Positions 11,831-21,534 of a stretch of 64,000 bases of DNA are shown here, in pieces (position 1 is the first letter of the stretch; each line of letters begins with the position of its first letter). The translations under genes and the position numbers were made by a program. The notes under the pieces were generated by a model that saw only the letters and a program-made list of their open reading frames with translations, was not told where the DNA came from and did no database searches. The DNA comes from Phaeosaccion multiseriatum (Eukaryota; Protista; Ochrophyta, other classes). Location: contig OZ218953.1 in NCBI GenBank assembly GCA_965112735.1, forward strand, positions 5,270,001 through 5,334,000. Direction: 5' to 3'.

Positions 11831-13354
11831 ATGCATCGTGCGCTGGCGCAGCCGCAAGTGCGACGATGCGCCTGGCTTGCTACTCTTCCTCTGCGAGATG
11901 TACGGGCACTCTCCACGGCGCCTGCCAAAAGGGACACAAACGCTCCAGGAAACACCAGCACCAAACCGAAGCTGGCGCTCGGGGCCATTTCCGAGGTGGA
12001 GGAAGTAGTCGGTGGAAAGGCTGAAGTACTAAGAGCTGCCGCACCATCTGGATTCTCCCCAGCTACAGGCATAAAGGCCGGCACTCCCAAGGGCAGTAGT
12101 AGCAGCAGCAGCAGCAGTAGCGGCAGCGCTCTTGGACGGGTGTGGGGAAGTATCAAAGGGACGGTGCTGGACGCTATGGCCAAATCCCTGCCTGCTACTG
12201 ACAGGACCGTCCTGGCTCGTGAGTGGGGTATGGTGACTACGACAGAGGCGGAGAAGCGGGTGAGAAGACATAAAGCTTTCACCTTCTTTTGAGTGGGTTG
12301 AGGGTGGGTTGGGTGCGCGATTTGCTCCTTCTGTCCACCCACTCTCCGGGGATTGACGCACCATACTCCCCTTCCTTCTTTTCGTACAGGTCTCACACGA
12401 GCTTACTCTGCTCGGCCAAGAGGAAGCGAAGAGAAGAGAGAAGGCTCTCGCCGCCAGCGAAGCAGCGACCAAAAGGAGTAGTGAGGCTGCAGCCTTGGCA
12501 AGAGCAGAGGTGCAGGATGTCAAGCGCCAGCTCACGGCATCCCGAAAAATCATGGAAAAATTGGAAGAGGCCCAACAGCAGCAGTTTGAAGCGTCCAAAA
12601 AGGCCCAGGAGCAGCAGCAGCAGCTGCAAACCCTGCGAGTAGAGGAGCAGCGTCAGCTGGAGAATCTGCGGACGAAGGAGGCGCAACTGGAGACGCTGCA
12701 ACAGAAGCAACAGACGCAACTGGAAGCCTTGGAGCGGAAGGAGCAGCAGCAGCAGCTTGAAGCGTCGAAGAAGGTCCAGGAGCAGCAGCAGCAGCTGGAC
12801 GCCCTTAGAGCGGAGGAGCAGCGTCAGCTGGAGAATCTGCGGCAGAAGGAGGCGCAACTGGAGATGCTGCAACAGAAGCAACAGAAGAAAATGGACGCCT
12901 TAGAGCGGAAGGAGCAGCAGCTGGCGAGGCTCCAGGAACAACAACGACAACAAGAGCTACAACAGCAACAGGAGCAGCAGCAGGCCTCCACTCCTCTCTC
13001 TGCCGCTGCTGCCCCTGCTGGCTTGGCTGTCTCTTCCGAACCGCACACTGTGTTTGGGGAACTCGTGTCTGACTTGGGGTACAAGAAGGTATGTATTTTG
13101 CACGAGATGTGCTTCAGGCTCCACCCCCCGCGGGCACAGGCTTCCATCGGCTCCGCTTCACTCTCCCACCATTGCTGTCCATCTCCCCCACTCCTTCTCC
13201 CTCCTACTGAACCCTTGTGCTTCAACCGCCGCGCCCCACCCCACCCAGGTCTACCGTACCAGCGTGGAGCGTCTGGCCATGGTGCCCATTTGGGAGCGGC
13301 AGAGGACTCTGCGGCCGGAGAGGGCAGTGGCCATCGGTAGGCACAAGATTGAAC

Positions 13355-13395
<41 letters not shown>

Positions 13396-15054
13396 TCGGT
13401 AAGATACGGCGGGGAAGGAGGGGAAGGCTCGCAGCGACCTCAGCCCTCATCGACTTCGGGCACACTCTTATACAACAGGTCTTCAGGTTGCATCTCGGTG
13501 GGGGGCATCTCCTTTCCACCCACCCTCCCACCCTCGCACTTGCTCAACATCTCTCATCTCCCCTCCTTCCCACCTTCTTGCCGTCGGATGATTGTATTTC
13601 TTGTCAGCAGCAGGGTGGTGGTGGTGGTGGTGGACCTCGTCCTGCGGGTTTCCCGGGCGTCATCACGCTCTACCAAAAGCAGCCCCAACAAGCTGTCGGC
13701 AATGCCCCCCCCCCGGCAGAAGAGGCGCACCCAACCACCTGCGGCATCATCGACGGGCAGCACCGCGTCGGAGCCCTTATCTACATGGTGGAGCACGGGG
13801 CTCTGAGGAGGGATGACCACAACGTGCTCACCGATGTGTTCCACGTACAGTCCGAGCAAGAGGTACGGCGTTACGGAATTGCCAAGCAAATGATGGATGG
13901 GCTGAGTCGCGACAAAGCCACAGCAAGGAATATTCCTGTATTACTAACTGACTGTCTTGTCTTCTCTGCCCCGTATGATGCCAGATCTGTGGTTGCTCTC
14001 ATGGCTTTACGTTACCCGTCTGCTCTCAGTCTGTCCGCCCCTCTTGTCTCTGTCTGCTTATCTGTGAGCTTTCGATCCACCCGTCTCTCTCTCTATCTAT
14101 CTATCCATCTGTCTGTCTATCTCCTGTACCCATGCGTCAAGCGGAAAACAACGCTCAACCCACCGCTTGCCCCGCGCCCACTCATACTCCAACTCACCTG
14201 TCCGTCCGTCCGTCCGTCCGTCCGTCCGTGCCAACCCCATCAGATTGCGAATCTCTTCACAGAGATCAACCAAGCCGAGCCTGTTCGCCTCGTAGACATG
14301 CCGGGGGAGGGCTCGGATGACAACACGCGAGCGATTCTAATGGGGGCGACCAGTGCTCTCGCCGCCCGATACCCGGATATGTTCAGCCCTTCAAGCCGCT
14401 GCAGACCACCGCACCTCAACGCGGACCGATTCAGAGACGACTTGTACCTGTCGCAGGTCATTGAGAGGTGAGGCAGGCTGACAGACAGACAGATCAAACA
14501 GGCGGACAGAAGGATACAAGGCAGGTAGACACGCCGGCACCAGTAGCAGCGGCAGTAGCAGCGGCAGTAGCAGCAGTGGTAGCAGCAGGGTGATGGGCTG
14601 CCTTCTTGGGCCGATCTTTGTGTTTGGCACCTCTCTGGGTCCGGATACAGGAGGGAGGTTTGGGGTGGTGGGAGTGGAGATTATCAGGGCGCAGTAGACT
14701 CGCAGGTGTACATGCGAACACTGTTGAGACCGGGCTCTGGAAGCAGTCTCCGGTTGCTGCCTCTCTAACACTGCTGCTGGTGCTTCCGCTGCTGCTGCTG
14801 CTGCTGCTGCTTTCTCCCTCTTCTCCTTCGACTGGACGCTCCCTCCCTCCCCCACTCCCAGGAACGCTTTTGACTCGGTCGATGCCCTTATGGCGTGGCT
14901 GCTCAAGTTGAACGATGAACTGGCCACTCGGGGAGACAAGGAGTGGATTGCTCTTTTGGGTGGCCCCAAGAGCAAGCAAGGGGCCCAGGCGCTCAATAAG
15001 GCGAGGGCAAACAACTTTTACCTCGGCCTGGACTCGTCCTGGTACAGCAGCTGA
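11831..15054 (+). CDS. Coiled-coil plus DGQHR (ParB/DndB-like) domain protein with predicted mitochondrial presequence. Exons approx 11831-12259, 12390-13088, 13249-13398, 13608-13862, 14244-14467, 14862-15054
   Basis: Arg/Ala-rich, acid-poor N-terminus MHRALAQPQVRRCAWLATLPLRDVRALSTA; Gln/Glu coiled coil; IWERQRTLRPERA...GFPGVITLY...GIIDGQHRVGAL (DGQHR 13752-13766)...LFTEINQAEPV...CRPPHLNADRFRD...FYLGLD; stop TGA 15052-15054. Confidence 0.85.
12577..12920 (+). repeat. Two-copy 171-bp (57-aa) coding tandem duplication in the coiled coil
   Basis: QQQQFEASKKAQEQQQQLQTLRVEEQRQLENLRTKEAQLETLQQKQQTQLEALERKE followed by QQQQLEASKKVQEQQQQLDALRAEEQRQLENLRQKEAQLEMLQQKQQKKMDALERKE. Confidence 0.95.
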
Positions 15055-15388
15055 GGGGACACATGCACGATCGTAGGTGTGGACACACACACACACAGAG
15101 AGAGAGAGAGAGCTGCTGCTCCGTACGCTACCGAGAGCAGAGGAGCAACATCGCAGGTGGATGAGGTGGGAGGGAGGAAGCACGCTCGACACAGGACATA
15201 CGTGCAACAACAACTGTACATTTAAACCCCTGATGCACTATCCGCTATCCCCTATCGGCTGGCGCCAAAAAACAAAAAACAAAACAAAAAAACATGATCT
15301 CTCGTGAGGTGCCATCCACCGTTGGGCTTTACTTTTATACACCTTCCCGGCCCTTCTTCCCTCCCCTCCTTCCCTCCCTCTGCTCTGC

Positions 15389-17000
15389 ATGTCCTACTCA
15401 GTAGAGGCACAGTTCAAAGCACGGCTCTCTGTTTCCTCTGCAGCCGTTGGAGGGTCTTGGCAGGATGGTAAGGTGAAGGACTACCTCGTGCTCTCCGAGC
15501 TGCTGGAGCTCTGTGTGCCCATCGATGCTGGACTTGATCTCGGCCACTTAGGGACGCTCTTCGTGGCAAGCGGGGGGGGCTGGAGAAAGGGGGAAGACTG
15601 CGGGAGGTTCACTCTAGGCGACCTCGCTGAGTTCGGCGCGCTTTGCCAGCAGCTGCAGCGCAAGTATCGGCCTCATGAATTCAAGGTGGGTGCGGGGAGC
15701 GGGGGTGGGCAGCGTCTCTCTCTCCCTCGCTGGATCTTCTCACTCTCAGTGGGGCAAGCCCATCTCCTCAGAGCATCCTGTAATCTACCCCAGGCGCCCG
15801 TTCTCATTGTTCCCTCGCGACATCTTCGCATGTGTGTGTGTGTGTGCGCTCCACACCAGACCCAGGCACAGGGGTACTTTACCTTGCGGTTGTGGGAGCA
15901 CCTGAAAAGCAAGGAGGGCGAGGCAGGCATGTGCGAATGGCTCACCGCCCTTCTGCTCAACAATGCTAGCGTAGCTGCCGAAACCGAGCTTCACCGCAGC
16001 GCGCAACCCAGCCGGCTTCACGGGAAGTCCGAGCAGCAGCAGACGGGCGAGACGCTCCCATACACGCCATCTTCTGCTACTCAAGGGATACCGACCGAAG
16101 GTGGGGCAGAAGCAGTAGTGGGTGAGTGAGGCAATACAGCGCTATTGCTCGTTTCTGTCCTGCGAGATGGTGATGTGTGCTGTCTCATGCAAAAATGCTT
16201 ATAACCGCGTATTGCCCCTACCGCGTGGACTTATTCTCTGCTGCCCGATACTGCAGTGCAATCGGCCGGGAAACAGGGCGCGAGTAGAGAAGAAGAGGAA
16301 AACGTTGTCAGTAAGAGAGCCAGCAATGACAGCAGCGACAAAAGCGAGAGCAAGCCGTTGAAGCAGAGTCCCGACCAGATAGAGTCCCGACCAGATAGAG
16401 AGGTGGCAAGGGAGGCCTCCTCTCACTCCTCCCTCGTGACGCTGGAAGACGACGACGACGAAGAAGAACAAGACGAAGATGGGGACGATGACTTGAGCGA
16501 GGCACACCTTGCTGGCTTGAGGATGATTGTTGAGCAGCCAGGCAAGTTCATTGACGTCAGCTCGGCGGAGATCATGCACAAGGTCAGTGGTCAGTCGTCA
16601 GTGAGCCGAGCAGTGAGTTGAGCTGAGCTCGCCAATCGCCACTCCTCCACTCCTCTGCTCCTCTGCTCCTCTGCCCCCCCTTTTCCTCCCAGAGAGCGCG
16701 GCAATCTCCATCTGCTCATGACGACCTTTCTTCGTACGTTCTAACAGAACAATCACCCCCCCCCCCCAAACCCCGACCCCAACCTTTCCACAGCTCTTCA
16801 ATGTGAAGGAGTGTGACGCCATGACCTTCCAGCAGTTCCTCGACATGCTGCAGCAGGTGGGGGAGGAATTGGGGGATTCAGACCTAAGCGACGAGCGGCA
16901 GGACGAGGTGGTACCTGTCGCGGTGGTTCAGAGGTTTGCGAGCAGGTTTGTGAGGGGACTCCGGGACCTCATGTTGGACGTCCTGACCCCTTCTTGCTAG
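15389..17000 (+). CDS. Hypothetical protein, possibly with degenerate EF-hand. Exons approx 15389-15685, 15860-16121, ~16257-16582, 16792-17000
   Basis: Coding-like exons with GT-AG boundaries. DCGRFTLGDLAEF is EF-hand-like; C-terminus MTFQQFLDMLQQVGEELG...DEVVPVAVVQRFASRFVRGL. Confidence 0.65.
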
Positions 17001-17077
17001 TCAAATCATGTCAATGTCATCGAAAAATGCTCTGCGGGACTTGAGGATATATCCCTACGGGGGACAGTTTTTATTAA

Positions 17078-17325
17078 CGCTCGATTTGCGTAAGAATCGC
17101 CCAAATCGCCCGTTTTTTACATGTCGGGCGGCAAGGGGGAGTGCTCTTGCAGAAATGCTGACAAGTAGGGAAGGGAAAAAGCGATGAAAGCCGAGAGACT
17201 ATGGATCGATAGGCATCTCAAAGAGCTACACGAGGAGCTATTGTGCTTCTCCCAGAGTCATTTTGCTGCGTGCGTCCAAAAACTTTATTTCAGACGATTT
17301 GGGCGATTCTTACGCAAATCGAGTG
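17078..17325. mobile_element. piggyBac-like MITE, copy 1 (~248 bp)
   Basis: TIR CGCTCGATTTGCGTAAGAATCGCCCAAATCG ... CGATTTGGGCGATTCTTACGCAAATCGAGTG; TTAA on the left and TTCAA on the right; homologous to 59006-59241. Confidence 0.85.
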
Positions 17326-17716
17326 TTCAAATTAAACTAATAAATAAAAAAAGAATTTGCAAATACACTTGCTTCCTGTTCTTTCCAAATACACGTGTCG
17401 ACGACCCCCCCCCCCCATCCAGTCTTCCATTTCCCAAGCAGTGCAACAAGCTCCGCCTGCCGGAAGGGACATATGTTAGCATCTTCGCCCCCGAGACGTC
17501 GATTCCCCTCTCTGTCGGCCGCCATTCGTGGGTCTCCCGGCGGGTCCACTCGTCGCTCGGGGGAAGCGTCACTTCCCCCCACCCTTGGGTGTGACCACGG
17601 TTGGCTCCTGCATCCTGCCGTACACACACCCCCGTCAAACTATGCAGACTATACGCCCGCATAGCGCCAGGACAGTGGTCTGTTTTATATACCAAGGCCA
17701 TATGTACCATCTGTGG

Positions 17717-19048
17717 TCAGGACTTTCCGAGGAGAGAGAACGACCTTCCACTTCTCCTCCGTACCGACGACCTACGGCTGCCGAACTCGGCTTGGAGCTC
17801 AAGAAAACCCGCTACGCATCTGGTCTTCAGCTCCACGGTATCGACCGTCATGTTCACCGTCCTGTGAGCACGAGGAAAAGGAGCATACACAGAGAAGGTG
17901 TGTGTGAGAAAGAAGAAGAGAGGGATGGAGAGCGAGAGAGAGAGAGGTAAGAGAGGGAGAAGGGAGAGAGAGAGAGAGACAAAGAGAGAGAAACAATGCC
18001 CCCCAGCCACTTCCTTTCCGTCCGCCGGCCCGTCTACGAGAGAAAGAGAGGCCCGGAACACATTGCGTGGAAGAATCAATACACGTACCGCTCAGGGAAG
18101 ACGAGCGAGAAGCTCCGCTCCAGTTCTTCCTCCTTGCACGACGAACGCAGGGTGGATGTGCCCCTCTTGTCGGGGTTGTCGAGGTCTGGATCCGTCCCGC
18201 TCACCACGTGCAGAAGGTCCTTGATGGGAAGGGCGGACTTGAAGGCCACACTCTTGGCGATCTTCGTCTGCTTCGCCTCCGCGGGCACGAAGCAGAGTGA
18301 GGCCCCTTGGTTCAGGCTATAGATGACGCGCTTCCTACACAAACAAACACACAAGGCGGGGGAGAGGGGCGATGAGGGCCTCAATGGGCGTGCGCCTCTT
18401 GGGCACTCCAAGTGAACGTTTGCCCCCCCCATTGTCTCTCTCCACTCACCTCGCTTTCCCTCTTCGGTAGAAGCTTCTGCTGTCGTGTTTGATCACCTGG
18501 ATTCCCCTCTCTAACTCTTCTACAAACATCATCCCCTTCGGCGCCTCCGTCTTTGGGGCTGCCGCAATGGTGGAGGATGGGGCTTCTTCCGAGCCCTGGA
18601 TGCCCTGCTCTGGCTTCTCTTCGACAGTACCGTCCTTTCGCACCTCCATCTTCGGGGCTGCCGAGATAGTGGACGATGGAGCCTCTTCTGAGCCCTGCAT
18701 GCCTTGCTCACTCTTTTCTTCGACGGTACCCTCCTTTTGCGCCTCCATCTTTGGCGCTGCAGCGACGGTGGACAATGGGGCCTCTTCATAGCCCGGCCCC
18801 TCCTTCCGATGTAGCACCTCTTCTTCTACTTCTTTCACCTCCTGCTGCCCGGCTTTCCTGTTGCTGCTGCTGCTGCTACTACTGCCATAATCCTTCTTCC
18901 CTTGTGACGGCGCAGGTAAGACTGCTACCGTCTCTGAGCCCTCCTCCTCCTCCTGCTCTGGCCTGGACTCTGGCTCCCGACTTGGATCTCCCTCAGCGGC
19001 GTCGTCGTCTTCCGCACAGCAACAATGGAGGAGAAACAGAGACGACAT
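17717..19048 (-). CDS. PH-like domain protein with N-terminal Cys cluster and 33-aa repeats. Exons approx 19048-18450, 18334-18089, 17861-17717
   Basis: MSSLFLLHCCCAE start; FVEELERGIQVIKH...KRVIYSL...LPIKDLLHVVSGTD...RSFSLVFPERTVNMTVDTVELKTRCVAGFLEL resembles a PLC-type PH fold; about 2.5 copies of EEAPLSTVAAAPKMEAQKEGTVEEKSEQGMQGS. Confidence 0.75.
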
Positions 19049-19206
19049 ACTAGTTTATTTTAAGTGAGAGAGAAAGAGGAGGGAAGGGGAAAGCAGGGCA
19101 GGGCTCTGAGGGGCGACAGTTGGTGAGGGCAGGAAAATACGAAAATATCCGTACGCGGAAACCCTAGGTGACCAAGGGGAACGAAAAAAAAAAACACGTT
19201 GACAAG

Positions 19207-20020
19207 CTACTGCAGCCGCTCCTCCTCTCTCTGCAAGGCGTCGAGGTAGTCGGCCTCAGGAGGGTGCTCAGGCTCCACCCCTGCCTCCAAGTGAGTCTCC
19301 AGCCACCCAGCCTTCGCAGACGGAAAGCTATCGGCATACGGAATGTAGGCTGCGACGAGGGTTCAAGTTGAAGGACAGAAGGGGGCGAATGGACGAAGGA
19401 GGGGGAGGACATGAGAAGGGAGATACCACATTGATCCTCAAACAAAGAGCACTTCGCAGGTACAAAATCCTCCTTCCTGCCTCCCTACCCACTACACTGC
19501 TCCAGACGTTGCCTCTCTCTCGTGTACGCACACTCACGTTTGATGTCCAGCACGGGTGTGCCGTCGAGGAGATCCAGGCCTGACACGTTGATAACTCGTT
19601 TGGCGCAGTCCACAGATTCGATCTTTAAAGCAGACAGAGCGACTGACGGGAAGGCGAGGAAGAGAAGAGAGAGCCAACATGAGATCAACATGAGCAGGCA
19701 TCCACAATGGAATGCAATGGGAGGGGCTAGCTGAGGCAAGGAAACCACTGCAAAAGATCTGTCACTCACTCATTCACTCACTCACTCACTCACTCACTCA
19801 CTCACTCACTCATTCACTCCCTCCTTCATTCACTCGGTCTGACTCACTGACTTGGATTTTGCCGATGTGGACTCCTCGTCGAAAACAGCCCCTTCTTCTT
19901 CCCCTCAATACCGGGGGGCCTCACTAAGGGATTCCAGCCTTTATTTAGGTGCTGAAATTCGTATTCCATTGGGGAGAGGGAGAGGGAGGAAGGAGGGTGA
20001 CCGAGGGACGGGGGGAGAGG

Positions 20021-20061
<41 letters not shown>

Positions 20062-21043
20062 AGGGAGGGAGGGAGGGAGGGAGGGAGGGAAGAGGAGAGG
20101 GAGGTGAGAGAGGGAGGGGGGTGAGGGAGGGAGGAAGGGGGGTCGGGTTGGTTCCGAAGGATGGATACAGCGCCCGAGCCCGGGATATCGGACCCAGCAG
20201 CCCCTGAAGCAAGCTCACCATGTATGTTATGGCCCACATGTACTCAAATCCATCTAGGTCAGACAACGCTCTGTCTGAAGAGCGACAAGAGAGAAGGGCA
20301 GCAAAGGGGGGGTCAACATCAGCTCGGGGGTCGGGGAGCGAGGAGGAGGAGTTTGAGGAGGAGGAGGAGGAGGAGGAGGAGGATGAGGAGGAGGAGGAAG
20401 GAAGGAAGAGGAGGAGTTTGAGGAGGAGGAGCAAGAGGAGGAGGAGGAGCGAGGGGCTGATATGGAGACACGGACACGCAAGTTGGCGAGCAAGGGGAAA
20501 TGCAAGCCACGCGGCTCTCTTCCCTCTACACACGGGCAAGCAGGTTGACGAGCGAGGAGTAGCGCAAGCCAAGTGAGCGAGGGACGTTGTAGAGGGAGGA
20601 GAGCAGCATGACTCACCAAAATTACTTCCCGGAAAGAGCTGTATATGGCCCCCCACAGGCTCCCCCCTCACTGCCTGTCGGGGAGTTCCGTGCCGCTCCT
20701 TATACGGCGAAACGACGACTCCTATGGGAGAGAGTGTTACCGCCTCAGGTGCATCGAATTCATCCGTGTAGGTCCTCGGCGGGGGCCTGTTTCCGCTGAT
20801 ACCATCGTGGAGGCCTGTCGTCCTACGCCGCTTCCGCGACCGGCCCCGACTCATCATTATCCCTCCTCCTCCCCCTCCTCCTCCTCCTCCTCCTCCTCCT
20901 CCTTTTCTCGCACGCGCTCTGCTGCTGCCGTCCGCCAGGTCAAACGTGCGCGTCACAGAGGGGCAAACGCTTCTTGTGGTGAATCCCCTGGCTCCTCGGA
21001 AGCGGAAAGCCGCCACAAGCAGGAGCATAGTAGGGTTGTGCAT
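19207..21043 (-). CDS. trmO: tRNA m6t6A37 methyltransferase TrmO/TsaA-like. Exons approx 21043(or 21028)-20616, 20275-20219, 19949-19851, 19641-19539, 19350-19207
   Basis: PIGVVVSPYKERHGTPRQ, LSDLDGFEYMWAITYMHLN, PLVRPP...GLFSTRSPHRQNP, ALSALKIESVD, GLDLLDGTPVLDIK, YIPYADSFPSAKAGWL are TsaA-family motifs. Confidence 0.93.
19761..19850. repeat. (ACTC)n microsatellite in a trmO intron
   Basis: cactcactcactc tract; same family as 11222-11521 on the other strand. Confidence 0.9.
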
Positions 21044-21170
21044 GGGTGAATGACCGAGGGGAGGGGAAAGATGCCTCAATCCCTCTGCCGCCCTCGGATA
21101 TTTTGGCGGGTCCAAACTGAAACGGAAACTGAAATCTTTGCCCGAGATCGCGTTCCCCCTTTTAATTAAG

Positions 21171-21494
21171 ATGACGAGGTGCATGGAGGCCGCCGTGGTG
21201 GTGGCGTGTGCTTGGAATGCAGCACTGGGCGGGCAGGTCTTGTTTGCGAGAGGGGAATTGACCCCGACTCAAATAATCGGCGGCACGAGTGGTGGTGGTA
21301 CAGAGAGGGTTTGTGGAGAGTGCGGCGAGCAGAGCAGCGTGACCAAGAGAAGCGGAGGAAGACTGCACAGCAGCAGCCGCCGAAGCCCGAGGAGGAGGAG
21401 GGTATGGGTGACGGCGGCAGCTCTGCGGGGTGGTGAGGCAGATGCTGTCGCGGATGCGGAGGCGCCGACGACCACAGATGGAGGTGATGAAGCG

Positions 21495-21534
<40 letters not shown>

